The position numbers and the translations under genes are program-made. From Bdellovibrionota bacterium (GTDB lineage: Bacteria > Bdellovibrionota > UBA1018 > CAIPTA01 > JAALKR01): 64,000 bases of DNA. This document shows positions 26,356-36,617 of the stretch, piece after piece (position 1 is the first letter of the stretch; each line of letters begins with the position of its first letter). The notes below the pieces were generated by a model, which saw only the letters and a list, made by a program, of their open reading frames with translations, searched no databases and was not told the origin of the DNA. Where the stretch lies: contig CBDBMJ010000003.1 of NCBI GenBank assembly GCA_965207455.1, positions 54,197-118,196 on the forward strand. Direction: 5' to 3'.

Positions 26356-27216
26356 CTAGGTTTGATTCCTTTTTTGTGACCTGTGACGAATCCATAGAGC
26401 ACCACAATTCATTAGAAATAAAGTAGCTAAGAAAACAATAATCGTTGCTGCAGAAAGGCTGTGGAAGTCTGCTTGTGGACGAGAAGCCCAGTTAAATATT
26501 TGAATAGGAATCGTAGTGAATGGGTCCATTGGGCTGCTAGGAATAAAGGCCACATAGGCATAGGCACCTAGAATAAGTAAGGGAGCAGCCTCGCCAATGG
26601 CACGGGAGAGGGAAAGAATAAGTCCCGTCATAATTCCCGGTGTGGCTGCGGGTAGCACCTGTCCAAAAACTGCTTGCCAGCGCTTGGCTCCAAGGGCGTA
26701 TGCTGCGTGACGAATGGAGTCCGGTACTGCTTTAATCGCCTCTTGGGTGGTAATAATAATCATGGGCAATACCAATAGGCTTAACATCAAAGCACCAGAA
26801 ATCAAACTTCTTCCTAAATCCATAAATCGTACAAATATGATCAATCCAAGCAGACCATAAATTACAGAGGGCACTCCAGCCAAATTCGATAGGTTTAAAT
26901 GTATGAAATTAGTAAAGCGGTTCTTTTCCATATATTCTTCCAAATAAATAGCAACACAAACACCCATGGGAATAGAAAATATCCCCGTTAATAGCATCAC
27001 CCAAATGGTTCCTCCAATTGCAGCTCTTAATCCAGCTTCCTTAGGCATCCATGACGTCCAGTTGGTAAGCAGGTTCCAACTTAACCAGCCAGCTCCTTTC
27101 ACAATAATGCTCGCAATCAATGTGACTAAAATAAGAGTGGACAACCAAGCAAATCCTAAGCAAGTCCATCGAAACAAGCGCTCCATTCGTTTCCTGCGTT
27201 CTATATTTTCCATCAT
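26356..27216 (-). CDS. pstA: Phosphate ABC transporter permease PstA
   Basis: Six TM helices, EAA-like loop; position in operon. Confidence 0.85.
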   Translation of the reverse strand: MMENIERRKRMERLFRWTCLGFAWLSTLILVTLIASIIVKGAGWLSWNLLTNWTSWMPKEAGLRAAIGGTIWVMLLTGIFSIPMGVCVAIYLEEYMEKNRFTNFIHLNLSNLAGVPSVIYGLLGLIIFVRFMDLGRSLISGALMLSLLVLPMIIITTQEAIKAVPDSIRHAAYALGAKRWQAVFGQVLPAATPGIMTGLILSLSRAIGEAAPLLILGAYAYVAFIPSSPMDPFTTIPIQIFNWASRPQADFHSLSAATIIVFLATLFLMNCGALWIRHRSQKRNQT

Positions 27217-28130
27217 CTGGAAACCACCTTATGAGCAACGGCATTGAGACCAAAGGTCATAAAAAATAATAACGCCCCAACAGCCATACTACTTTTAAAT
27301 TCAATTCCCTCAGCCGATATATCCCCCAAACTAATTTGCACGATATAGGAAGTCATGGTTTGAATACTTTCCAGTGGGTTAATGGTAAGATTGGGTGTGG
27401 CTCCTGCGGCCAACGTAACTGCCATTGTTTCTCCAATGGCCCGGGAAATAGCAAGAATAAAAGCTGCCAATATCCGAGAAAAAGTGGCAGGAACCACAAG
27501 TTGGGTAACCACCTCATAGGTAGTGGCACCCATGGCATAACCTCCTTGCCTTAAAGCAGGGGGTACGGAACGAAAAGCATCGTCGCATAAAGATGCCACT
27601 AGCGGTAAAATCATAATGGCTACAACAATGGATGCGCTAGCTGCATTAAACACTTGAATATTTGGGAAAAATATTCCCAACAATGGAGTAATAAAGGTAA
27701 GAGCAAAGTATCCATATACAATAGAGGGAATTCCTGCCAATAACTCTAAAATGGGTTTCATGATATCCCGGGTGCTGGGCCTGGAATACTCACTAAGATA
27801 AATAGCCGTAACTAGACCAATGGGAAGGGCCAGCGCACCTGAACACACCACCACCAGCAAAGTGCCACACACAAGAGGGAGCACGCCAAAGGATTTTGGC
27901 TCCAGTAAGGGCTCCCAACGGGTGCCTGTTAAAAAATCCAGTATGGGAACTTCTGCAAAAAACTGGAAGCTCTCGTCCAATAAGCACCATAAAATAACAA
28001 CTGTAATTAACAGGGTAAAAAGAGTACAAAGCAATAAAACAAGCTCTATTGCTTTTTCCTGTAGATTAGGCTTAATGTTAAAAAAACTCTTTACCATTAT
28101 ACGCTTACTGCTTTGCCAACTCTTGCTCAA
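27213..28130 (-). CDS. pstC: Phosphate ABC transporter permease PstC
   Basis: TM permease; operon position; start may be the internal MVKSFF. Confidence 0.85.
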   Translation of the reverse strand: MSKSWQSSKRIMVKSFFNIKPNLQEKAIELVLLLCTLFTLLITVVILWCLLDESFQFFAEVPILDFLTGTRWEPLLEPKSFGVLPLVCGTLLVVVCSGALALPIGLVTAIYLSEYSRPSTRDIMKPILELLAGIPSIVYGYFALTFITPLLGIFFPNIQVFNAASASIVVAIMILPLVASLCDDAFRSVPPALRQGGYAMGATTYEVVTQLVVPATFSRILAAFILAISRAIGETMAVTLAAGATPNLTINPLESIQTMTSYIVQISLGDISAEGIEFKSSMAVGALLFFMTFGLNAVAHKVVSR

Positions 28131-29064
28131 AAAGTTTTAAAACTGCTCTATATTTCTCACCAGACATGGGTACATAACCTACCTCAGAAGCAATATTTTC
28201 CACATTCTGCAAATAAAACTGCACGAACTTTCTTAGTCCTGGAATCTTTTTTGCTTCTTTCATATTTACATAAATAAAAATAGGCCGGGATAAGGGCTTG
28301 TAACTTCCAGTCCTAATACTTTCCATTGCTGGTGCCACAGGTGGAGCTTTTTTATTAGCAATGGGTACCGCACGAATTTTATCTTTATTTTCTTTGTAAT
28401 AAGCGTAGCCAAAGAAGCCTAAGGAATATTTACTATTGGCCACACCAATAACAAGAACGTTATCATCTTCACTTTTCGTATAATCCGACCTACATCGTTG
28501 GGATTTTCCATTAATGTTTTTTGTAAAATAGTCGAAAGTACCAGAGTCTCCCCCTGGACCGTAAAGCTGTAGTGGTTTGTTGGGCCAACTTGGTCGCACA
28601 TCCCTCCAAGTTTTCACAGGACTATTTCTATCCCATATTTTTTTCAATTCTTTAACGCTAAGATAATCTGCCCATGTATTATCCTTATGAACCACAATAG
28701 ATATTCCATCGTACGCCACGGGTAACTCCAAGTATGAAATATTATTTTTCTTACTCCTTTCTATCTCGTTTGGTTTAATTTGTCGGGAAGCATTGTTAAT
28801 ATGGGTTGTTCCTCCAAGAAACTTCTTAAATCCTCCACCAGTTCCTGATATACCAATCACCACATTGATTTTTGGGTGGACTTTGCGCATTTCTTCTGCA
28901 ACAGCCTCAGTAACAGGATAGACCGTACTCGAGCCATCAACCTGCAAAACCTTGCTGTTATTTCCACCTTTTGTACAGCTCGCTACCAAAACCAAAGCAA
29001 GACAAGCAAAACAAGCAAAACAAGCAAAACCTATGGATACACCTCTCATGCTATTTTTTTTCAT
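28105..29064 (-). CDS. pstS: Phosphate-binding protein PstS
   Basis: PBP fold SGSSTVYP...GSGTGG; start at 29064 is preceded by AAGGAGG 8 nt upstream. Signal peptide contains the 9-bp x3 repeat encoding FACFACFAC. Confidence 0.85.
   Translation of the reverse strand: MKKNSMRGVSIGFACFACFACLALVLVASCTKGGNNSKVLQVDGSSTVYPVTEAVAEEMRKVHPKINVVIGISGTGGGFKKFLGGTTHINNASRQIKPNEIERSKKNNISYLELPVAYDGISIVVHKDNTWADYLSVKELKKIWDRNSPVKTWRDVRPSWPNKPLQLYGPGGDSGTFDYFTKNINGKSQRCRSDYTKSEDDNVLVIGVANSKYSLGFFGYAYYKENKDKIRAVPIANKKAPPVAPAMESIRTGSYKPLSRPIFIYVNMKEAKKIPGLRKFVQFYLQNVENIASEVGYVPMSGEKYRAVLKLFEQELAKQ
29006..29032. repeat. 9-bp tandem repeat (caagcaaaa) x3 inside the pstS signal peptide
   Basis: Read directly. 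Confidence 0.7.
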
Positions 29065-29135
29065 CCCACTGACCTCCTTTTTGCCCTTTCTATAACTCTC
29101 CTTATAGGTAAGAAATATTAGCAAAGTGTGAGAAA

Positions 29136-30548
29136 TCAGGGAGATTGTAAAAAAATTGAGAAATTACTACCCTTGCCCTGCTCACTCAGCACTGTGGCTC
29201 TCCCACCATGTACTGCCGCTATATGCTTTACAATGGCAAGCCCTAAGCCCGTGCCTCCCAGATGGCGACTACGAGACTTATCCACACGATAAAATCGCTC
29301 AAATAAACGGGGTAAATGGACCTGAGCAATGCCCTCCCCGGAATCCACCACAGAAACCATCACTTCTCCATCCTTGTTGCAAGCATTCAGCTCCACCTCA
29401 CTTCCAGCGGGACTGTAGTAAATAGAGTTGTCCAATAAATTTACCAACGCCTGCTCCAACAAAGAGGGGTTGGCTAAAACTTGAAGATCCTTGGGACACT
29501 TCACTCCAAAGCGGATCCCTTGGGCTTGGGCGTTTTGTGAGCAAGCCTCCAGTGCACTTTCCAGTATGGGCAACAAGGCTTTGGACTCCAGCGAAATACC
29601 CCTCCCTTTTTTTTCTATGCGAGACAGTAGCAGTAAATCTTCCGTAATGGCATGTAGTCGATTGGTGTGCTTGAGAACAATAGTTAAAAAATTTTTCCTT
29701 TCTTCCTCCTTAAGGTTTTTACTCTCTAGGAGCGTTTCCACAAATCCTTTAATAGAGGTAAGGGGGGTGCGCAGTTCATGGGAAATATTTTCCATAAATT
29801 CTTTGCGATGGTTTTCTAGTTGGTGCATACGAGTGGTATCGTAGAATACTAACAAAACACCAATATCCTCCCCACTGGCTCCCAATAAATGACTACTGTT
29901 GACATACCAAAAAATTTCATCCAATCCCATATTTACTTCCACCCCTGAATTGTGAGAGCTCGTATCCCTAAGTGCCTCTTTGGCAATTTTCAACAACTCA
30001 GGTATGCGTATAACCTCCTCCACAGCTCTACCACGAGCCTTCTCCCCAGAAACTTGCAGTAGGTTAGCTGCCACTTCGTTGAGCTGAACAATATGCCCCT
30101 GCCTATCGATAGCAATCACTCCTTCCATCATACTGGAAAGCATGGCCTCCTGTTCCTGCTTTTGTTCAGAAATAGTACGGAGACGATTTTTAAGTTGGTT
30201 GCCCATTCGATTTAGTGCCACACCCAAACTATGGATTTCCACCGCACTAAAGTGAGATAAATCTACCCTACCCGTAAAATCCCCCTTAGAAATTCGCTTA
30301 GCTTTATTGCGGATGGCTTCCAATGGACGACTTATCCGACGAGAATAAACCAAACTCACCAAAGAAATCAAAATAATAACTACAAGCCCTATCCATATAA
30401 ACTCCTTATACAAAGGGGAGAGAAGTTTTATTATATCCGTTTCAGGCATACCAACATATACTGCCAGCCCGATAAAAATAAGAAGCAGTGAAAAGGTAAT
30501 TACAAAATAAGATGTGTAGAGTTGCCAAAACAATTTTTTTCGTCGCAT
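29136..30548 (-). CDS. phoR: Phosphate regulon sensor histidine kinase
   Basis: N-terminal TM, HAMP/PAS, H-box SHELRTPL, HATPase G-boxes. Confidence 0.85.
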   Translation of the reverse strand: MRRKKLFWQLYTSYFVITFSLLLIFIGLAVYVGMPETDIIKLLSPLYKEFIWIGLVVIILISLVSLVYSRRISRPLEAIRNKAKRISKGDFTGRVDLSHFSAVEIHSLGVALNRMGNQLKNRLRTISEQKQEQEAMLSSMMEGVIAIDRQGHIVQLNEVAANLLQVSGEKARGRAVEEVIRIPELLKIAKEALRDTSSHNSGVEVNMGLDEIFWYVNSSHLLGASGEDIGVLLVFYDTTRMHQLENHRKEFMENISHELRTPLTSIKGFVETLLESKNLKEEERKNFLTIVLKHTNRLHAITEDLLLLSRIEKKGRGISLESKALLPILESALEACSQNAQAQGIRFGVKCPKDLQVLANPSLLEQALVNLLDNSIYYSPAGSEVELNACNKDGEVMVSVVDSGEGIAQVHLPRLFERFYRVDKSRSRHLGGTGLGLAIVKHIAAVHGGRATVLSEQGKGSNFSIFLQSP

Positions 30549-30551
30549 AAT

Positions 30552-31268
30552 TTATTCCTTAAATCGATAGCCTATGCCTCGAATAGTCTCCACCCAATCT
30601 CCATGTTTACCTAGCTTTTTTCGTAACCCCACAATTTGTACATCCACGGATCGATCCGTAACAGGATAGTTTGGCCCCTGAACCCCTTGAACAATTTGAT
30701 TTCGCGTAAACACCCAACCAGGATGGGTGGCCAAGTATGTGAGCAAGCGAAATTCAGTTACACTTAAAGGAAGTGCTTTGCCATGTATGCTCACCTCATG
30801 CTTGCCCACATGAATATAAAGACCATGAATTTTAATTTCTTCCCTCTCCTCCCAACCAGAGCTTGGCTGTTTTTTTGTTCCCTCACTTCTTCTCAATAAC
30901 GTTTTCACACGAGCCACAAGCAAACGTAGGCTGAAGGGTTTTGTAATATAGTCATCAGCCCCCATTTCCAGACCAGCGATAATGTTTTCTTCGTTGCCCT
31001 TAGCAGTCACCATAATAATAGGAATGTGGGCTGTACTTGAATCGTTCTTCAATTGTCGACAAACATCCATGCCACTCATGGACGGCAACATTAAGTCAAG
31101 AAGGGTGATATCTATGGGGTCGAGCGAAGAGTTCCGAATCCTTTCCAACCCCTTTTCCCCTGAAAAAGAACCTGATACATTATAACCCTCCTGGATCAAA
31201 GTATAGCGAAGCAAGTTTAGTATATCTTCCTCGTCTTCGATAATATGTACGTTGGCTTTCATCCCCAC
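30552..31268 (-). CDS. phoB: Phosphate regulon response regulator (OmpR family)
   Basis: Receiver domain with DL...LP and a winged-helix C-terminus; adjacent to phoR. Confidence 0.85.
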   Translation of the reverse strand: MGMKANVHIIEDEEDILNLLRYTLIQEGYNVSGSFSGEKGLERIRNSSLDPIDITLLDLMLPSMSGMDVCRQLKNDSSTAHIPIIMVTAKGNEENIIAGLEMGADDYITKPFSLRLLVARVKTLLRRSEGTKKQPSSGWEEREEIKIHGLYIHVGKHEVSIHGKALPLSVTEFRLLTYLATHPGWVFTRNQIVQGVQGPNYPVTDRSVDVQIVGLRKKLGKHGDWVETIRGIGYRFKE

Positions 31269-31433
31269 CCTTATATAGCACAGGTACGGAGGATATGGCT
31301 TTGGATTCTAGTACCGACCCATAGTTAGAGCTGCGCCAAGAGCATTGCTGCAAGCCAAGCAAAAAAATAAAAAACTCATTAAAAACAATAGTTTATGAGC
31401 GAATAAAAAACCGACTAAATGAGTATATTATTA

Positions 31434-31462
31434 TTGACTTTTATTATAATGCGATGTATAAT
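31434..31462 (+). promoter_or_regulatory. Canonical sigma70-type promoter (TTGACT-17-TATAAT) for the downstream small secreted protein
   Basis: ttgact at 31434-31439, 17-nt spacer, tataat at 31457-31462; RBS aaggaag before the ATG at 31510. Confidence 0.55.
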
Positions 31463-31509
31463 ATTAGCTGAAATAAACGTTAACCTATTTAAAGAAAGGA
31501 AGAAAGAAA

Positions 31510-31860
31510 ATGAAAAAAAGAAAAAACATAATAATACTATTGGCTGGTCTAACTTTGCTTAGTCCTGCTATTGGATCTGCAGAAGGGTGCAAATATGACC
31601 AGAGATACGATGAGAATGCGAGATTCGAAATTAATCTTCGCGAAAAGCAATTAGACCGGTATCATAGAAGGTTGGATCAAGTGAAGCTTTCAATTTCAAT
31701 TTTAGAGGCAGGTAAGATATATGATCAAGACAAGATAGGCGTCGGTGATATAGGCTATAAAATTAAAAAAGTTACTACCTTGATTAATTGTATACGAAAA
31801 AAATATAAAAACGGAAATGCGATAGATAACTGTAAAAATTTCGACTTAAAATATGAGTAA
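31510..31860 (+). CDS. Small secreted Cys-containing hypothetical protein (AT-rich islet)
   Basis: Signal peptide MKKRKNIIILLAGLTLLSPAIGSA; 116 aa; no family. Confidence 0.5.
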   Translation: MKKRKNIIILLAGLTLLSPAIGSAEGCKYDQRYDENARFEINLREKQLDRYHRRLDQVKLSISILEAGKIYDQDKIGVGDIGYKIKKVTTLINCIRKKYKNGNAIDNCKNFDLKYE

Positions 31861-31912
31861 ATCAGGACTGAAAACAATATAGCGTAGTCATTCCCGAAAA
31901 ATCGAATGCGCT

Positions 31913-32923
31913 TTAGGAGCCCGCTTTCTGGGCTCCCAGCATTTTCTTCAGCAATGTTTTCCAAGCCTCCCATTCTTCCTTTGGTAGTTCAGGGGAGGAG
32001 TTGTTTTTATCTGTAGTTCGTTCTTTTGCCTGTTCCCTCATTTGTTCTTTCATCTGTTCTTTGGCACAAGAGTAGTTCCCTTGGCAGATATTTAATTTTA
32101 TACGGGAGAGGGCTGCCTGTGCATTACTTTTCTCTAGTTTCAGTATTTCCGTCATGCGAGTGCTTGCCTGTTCTATTTCTGCATGGGCAAGGCAAAGATT
32201 TCTTGTTGTATTCAAGGGACTTTGTGCCTGCGCTCTAGTCCAATACTCCATGGCAAGTGTTACTTTTCCTTCCTTTTTACAAATGTGGCCCATAAGATCC
32301 AGGGATTTTAAATGTTCTCCTTTCTTCTCAAAAACTTTTTCCAATAGCTTTTGAGCAAGGTCTAGGTTCTTTTGATTATAGTAGTATCGAGCGGATTCAA
32401 AGAGAACGGTTGTATTGTCGTCGTAGTGAATGAGTAGTTCTTTAAATTGTAAGTCTGAGCCTACATCTCGAGAGTCTTTTTCTGTGGCTAGTGTTTGCAT
32501 AAGATCTCTCTCCCAACGTTCCGGTTCATCTTGTAGTTTTACAAGGGCTTGTCTCATGAGTCCCTTCACCTCGTTCAAGGAAAAAGGATTCTGGATCAGT
32601 TGGTTTATATTCAACTCTCCTGCCAGCACTTTAATATTGTCGTTGATGTTGTCCACGAGGAGTACAAAAAAAGTATAGCTATATAGGCTTAAGCCGCCAA
32701 TGGATCGAATAAATTGCTGGGCGCTAAAGCCAGAAAAGGAGAATGCGCAAATCACTATATTTACTGGGCGCTTTAGAAACACCTCTTTTGCACTTTCGAT
32801 GGTTTCGCAAAAGGAAATCTTTGTATTTTCAATAGCGCAAAAATACCGTTCTATGGCAGCCATGCTCGTCATTCTTTCCCCGATAATCAGTACCGTGAAT
32901 TCTGTTTTTTTAGAGCTATTCAC
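31913..32923 (-). CDS. Pseudo-receiver (REC-like lacking phospho-Asp) + TPR repeat protein
   Basis: N-terminal CheY-like topology (VLIIGERMTS...VNIVICAFSFSG) without the conserved Asp; TPR-like YYYNQKNLDLAQKLLEKV... repeats. Confidence 0.4.
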   Translation of the reverse strand: MNSSKKTEFTVLIIGERMTSMAAIERYFCAIENTKISFCETIESAKEVFLKRPVNIVICAFSFSGFSAQQFIRSIGGLSLYSYTFFVLLVDNINDNIKVLAGELNINQLIQNPFSLNEVKGLMRQALVKLQDEPERWERDLMQTLATEKDSRDVGSDLQFKELLIHYDDNTTVLFESARYYYNQKNLDLAQKLLEKVFEKKGEHLKSLDLMGHICKKEGKVTLAMEYWTRAQAQSPLNTTRNLCLAHAEIEQASTRMTEILKLEKSNAQAALSRIKLNICQGNYSCAKEQMKEQMREQAKERTTDKNNSSPELPKEEWEAWKTLLKKMLGAQKAGS

Positions 32924-33067
32924 TATCCATTAATTATAAGTCACCTTGGGGGTGAGAAAAAATAGAATTGCCACAAAAATGATGCGCACTGTAGCTTGCT
33001 TTCGGCCTCCACACAATAATTAAAAACTGTCTTTACAAGACTTCGGTATCTGCTTAAAATATAACTC

Positions 33068-33586
33068 ATGCCCTTCTCTGAGTATAAAAAATACTACACC
33101 CTTTTCTTCCTATCCCTTGGAATCATTACTCTCGATCAGGTCACAAAATCCCTGATCGTCAAAAAGTTTTATTTAGGGGAGAGTGTGTCTGTTATAAAGA
33201 ATTTTTTCGACCTCACCCTTGTACACAATTTCGGTGCGGCCTTTGGCATGTTCTCCAAACTTCCCAGCCATATTCGAGAGCCTTTCTTTATGATTATTCC
33301 CATAACCATACTTATTGTTATTTTTTTTACCTTCCGAAAATTGACAGACGATAAGGTCTATAGCGTGTTTGGTTTTTCCCTTATTATGAGTGGTGCCGTT
33401 GGGAATCTCATCGACCGTTTTCGATTTGGTTATGTGGTGGACTTCCTAGACTTCCATTGGTTTAATAAATATCATTTTGCTGCATTCAATGTTGCGGACT
33501 CCAGCATTTGTGTGGGTGTGTTTCTCCTACTGGCTTGTATTGTACTCAAACTGGAATCTTCAGAGGACGAAATCCAAGAAGAATAG
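33068..33586 (+). CDS. lspA: Lipoprotein signal peptidase II
   Basis: NFGAAFG, GAVGNLIDR and FNVAD motifs. Confidence 0.9.
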   Translation: MPFSEYKKYYTLFFLSLGIITLDQVTKSLIVKKFYLGESVSVIKNFFDLTLVHNFGAAFGMFSKLPSHIREPFFMIIPITILIVIFFTFRKLTDDKVYSVFGFSLIMSGAVGNLIDRFRFGYVVDFLDFHWFNKYHFAAFNVADSSICVGVFLLLACIVLKLESSEDEIQEE

Positions 33587-33606
33587 GGCAGAACAAGCGC
33601 CTTCCC

Positions 33607-34077
33607 CTATGGGTAGAAAACACTCAAGCTTTTCTTAACCTCCACAAAGGTCTTAATATTTCGGGTGTTTGTAATTTTCCACATTTTCGCTTTGTTGCGT
33701 ATCAAGTATGCAATTTTTCGTACGGTCATGCGTGCGTTGTCTTTTTTATTTTTCCTGTCGTATATGAGTTCATAGAGGATGCTGACCTTGTCCGTAGATT
33801 CTTGCCTTAAATCCTTGGCTTCAAATCGAACAAATTTATACTTTGGTTCCACCAGTCTCTTGAGGAATTCCTCGTCCGTCATACTTTTTATTTTTTTCAA
33901 CGCTTCTCCCGTAAAGTATTCTTCCAGGTCTTTTTTGTCCTGTTCGTTCGTGGATCGAATGGCCACCTTTATATAATTCTCCAAAACTGTTCGAGGATTA
34001 TCTTCCTTACCGTGCTTGCTACAAGCAGAAAGTGCAGTCAAGAGGGTGCAAAAAATAAATAATTTAATTGGATACAT
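33607..34077 (-). CDS. Lipoprotein of unknown function
   Basis: Lipobox LTALSACS; 156 aa. Confidence 0.45.
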   Translation of the reverse strand: MYPIKLFIFCTLLTALSACSKHGKEDNPRTVLENYIKVAIRSTNEQDKKDLEEYFTGEALKKIKSMTDEEFLKRLVEPKYKFVRFEAKDLRQESTDKVSILYELIYDRKNKKDNARMTVRKIAYLIRNKAKMWKITNTRNIKTFVEVKKSLSVFYP

Positions 34078-34789
34078 AACCTGCTCTCCTAATTTCGTTT
34101 AAGTAGTTCTGTAAATCTTTGGCCCAGTCGCCACAATTTTTATTGGTAAACTTTAAACCAATCCCTGCTTTATTCTTTGTTTGCAATCTGGTTTCAACCG
34201 TAGCATGGAATGTGTGCTGGTCACGAAAACTTAACTCGATATACTGAGGTTTAAACGTCCATGCTTTATTGAGTAAAAAAACAAAACACCCTTGCTCACC
34301 TAAGTTTACCAAGCGAACTTTTTCAAAATTCTCCGACCCCTGCTTATCATACACACATGCAGTGACTCTAGGAATAGCCTTTGGGTACTTCTCCCACCAG
34401 GCGCATTTGGAGTTGTAGTAGGGCAAGGAAAGGGTTTTTTGTATCCACTCCCCCACCAGAACCAATGCCATGGCCAAAAGAAAAATAACGGCCAAGAGAA
34501 TATGCTGGTGTTCGCTCATGGCAAATATGGATGAGCCGGCTGTAACAAGCAGGGTGGTGATGGAATAAAAGGTTTTTCCCAAGGGGTGGAATCGAAAAAG
34601 AAATACCCCGCTGATAATCGCCCCCAGGATAGCAAAATTTATATGCCACCAGAACGGCTGGTAACCCACCTCCCAGACCCATGTGATGACTTGAAACCCT
34701 TTGCTATAGAAAATATAGGGAATAACAGCTACCACAGGCAGTAACAGGACAGCCAAAGCCATAGATAGGTGGTAGGATAAATAGCGCAT
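34064..34789 (-). CDS. Membrane protein with C-terminal PilZ-like domain (tentative)
   Basis: 4-5 N-terminal TM helices; C-terminal beta-rich segment with an NLGEQG motif resembling PilZ DxSxGG; weak. Confidence 0.3.
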   Translation of the reverse strand: MRYLSYHLSMALAVLLLPVVAVIPYIFYSKGFQVITWVWEVGYQPFWWHINFAILGAIISGVFLFRFHPLGKTFYSITTLLVTAGSSIFAMSEHQHILLAVIFLLAMALVLVGEWIQKTLSLPYYNSKCAWWEKYPKAIPRVTACVYDKQGSENFEKVRLVNLGEQGCFVFLLNKAWTFKPQYIELSFRDQHTFHATVETRLQTKNKAGIGLKFTNKNCGDWAKDLQNYLNEIRRAGYVSN

Positions 34790-34853
34790 ACCTAAAATGT
34801 ATCATTTTCACTACACTCTTTAAAGTTTAAAGTAATGATGCTATGCTGTTGAA

Positions 34854-35462
34854 ATGCCTACTACGGGTCTATTCATTGTTTTCAGTTATCTGGTTGGTTC
34901 CATACCCTCAGGGGTAATCCTTGCGCGGTTGATGGGCCATGGGGATCCCAGAAAATTCGGTAGTGGCAATACGGGTGCTGCCAATCTCACCCGACTGGGA
35001 GGCAAGCCACTGGGAATGCTTACCTTTCTCTTCGACTTTCTCAAGGGCTTCCTACCCACCCTTGCGGCCCAACTGTATTTACCGCCTCAAGAATGGCTTG
35101 TTCCCACTGTGGCTGCCACCACTGTTGTGGCCCACTGTTATTCCCCGTTCCTGCGTTTTTCTGGTGGAAAGGGCGTGGCCACCAATTTTGGTGCTCTCCT
35201 TCCCTTAGCACCCATTCCTGTGCTAATCGGATCGCTCTCCTGGGGTCTTTGTTACTTTCTGAAAAAAATATCTTCCCTAGCCTCCCTCACCTCGGTGCTA
35301 GTAATACCCATTGCAATGGCTGTTATGGGCTTGCCCAACTCGGTAATTACCGCTGCATCTTTCCTATGCCTATTAATTTTCTATCGACATAAAAAAAACA
35401 TCCGAGACTTGCTGAATAACAAAGAGTGGTCATTCAGTAAAAACCAGAGCAAAAAGCCATAG
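34854..35462 (+). CDS. plsY: Glycerol-3-phosphate acyltransferase PlsY
   Basis: GSIPSG...GSGNTGAAN...FDFLKG motifs. Confidence 0.85.
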   Translation: MPTTGLFIVFSYLVGSIPSGVILARLMGHGDPRKFGSGNTGAANLTRLGGKPLGMLTFLFDFLKGFLPTLAAQLYLPPQEWLVPTVAATTVVAHCYSPFLRFSGGKGVATNFGALLPLAPIPVLIGSLSWGLCYFLKKISSLASLTSVLVIPIAMAVMGLPNSVITAASFLCLLIFYRHKKNIRDLLNNKEWSFSKNQSKKP

Positions 35463-35464
35463 CC

Positions 35465-35926
35465 CTACGGAGCCTTCCGCTTCGCCCTCTTATTGTTCTT
35501 ATTGGCTTTTGTAGTAGCTAGGCCAAACTTTTTTGCCCCTGCCCTTTTGGCAATATTCATCACCTGCAAGGTCAAGCCCAACATCACTTCCTTATCCCCT
35601 GCCAAGACAACGTTCTTTTGTTTTTGGGTGGCAAGTTTTTCTTTTAAGGCTAGCTCCAGATTGTCCAAGTTAACCCGCTTGTCTCCAAGGTATATATTGT
35701 TTTTATTGTCGATAGAAATGGTAATACCCTTTGATGGGTTGAGTGAAGAGGCGGCTCCTGCTTTTGGTAAATTCACCTTTACTCCACTTTGGGTGACTGC
35801 CGACGAGGTAACCATAAAAATAATTAATAAAACAAGGAACACATCTGTGAGAGGAGTGATATTAATCTCCGAAAAAAGGCTCAAGTCCTCGTCCTCTTCC
35901 ACAAAAGTATTGTTTAGCATTCCCAC
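35465..35926 (-). CDS. exbD: ExbD/TolR biopolymer transport protein
   Basis: INITPLTDVFLVLLIIFMV TM and periplasmic domain. Confidence 0.8.
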   Translation of the reverse strand: MGMLNNTFVEEDEDLSLFSEINITPLTDVFLVLLIIFMVTSSAVTQSGVKVNLPKAGAASSLNPSKGITISIDNKNNIYLGDKRVNLDNLELALKEKLATQKQKNVVLAGDKEVMLGLTLQVMNIAKRAGAKKFGLATTKANKNNKRAKRKAP

Positions 35927-35934
35927 AAAAATCC

Positions 35935-36552
35935 CTATTGGAGTGTTTTTTCCCAGTCGTCGATAAAACTCTCCAGACCAAGGCGACTTTTCATCACAGC
36001 ACTTGCCGCTCGTACCTGAAAAATATTAAAAAATACGGCTGCAATAATGGCCACAATAATTCCAGATGCGGTGGCCACGAGAGCCTCAGAAATACCTTGA
36101 GCCACTACGGAAAATCCCGTGTTTCCCGTAACTGCAATATCTTTAAAGGCTTGGAGAATTCCCACCACTGTTCCAAAGAGACCTAAAAAGGGTGCTGCAT
36201 TTCCTATGGTTCCTAGAATCCACAAGTAGCGTCGGTACTCTTGGGTGAGTTCCAGGCGACTGCGCATATACGTCTTTTGAATGGCTTCAGGACTGTCGCC
36301 AGAAGAACCCATAAGCTTTTTCATAAATCCAGCCTCGGGCGCCCTAGAGTGGGAGCATAGATCCAGTGCTTGGTTCCGTTTATTGCCCTCTATGGCTTGG
36401 CTCGCTCCCTGAAATAGTAGGGTGCTATTTTTATCCGCTTGGTATAAAAACCAACCCCTCTCCAGAACAACGGCCCACGTTATGATGGAACAAATAAGGA
36501 GCGGGTACATAACAAAACCGCCAGCATAAAAAATAGTAAGAATTTCACCCAT
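35935..36552 (-). CDS. exbB: MotA/TolQ/ExbB proton channel
   Basis: Three TM helices, characteristic cytoplasmic loop; adjacent to exbD. Confidence 0.8.
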   Translation of the reverse strand: MGEILTIFYAGGFVMYPLLICSIITWAVVLERGWFLYQADKNSTLLFQGASQAIEGNKRNQALDLCSHSRAPEAGFMKKLMGSSGDSPEAIQKTYMRSRLELTQEYRRYLWILGTIGNAAPFLGLFGTVVGILQAFKDIAVTGNTGFSVVAQGISEALVATASGIIVAIIAAVFFNIFQVRAASAVMKSRLGLESFIDDWEKTLQ

Positions 36553-36617
36553 AAAAAAATGCTAGCCTTTTTTTATTTTTGTGTAAAGTAAAGTGAGAAA
36601 GAGATTGAGGATATATA

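Noticed and set aside
28876-29121. Plus-strand ORF with SKTSKTSKT repeat
   Set aside because: It is the antisense reading of the 9-bp x3 repeat in the pstS signal peptide; not a gene.
31269-31430. Searched for a Pho box upstream of phoB
   Set aside because: No CTGTCA direct-repeat pair was found on the appropriate strand. The only good Pho-box match in the window is at 51600..51616.
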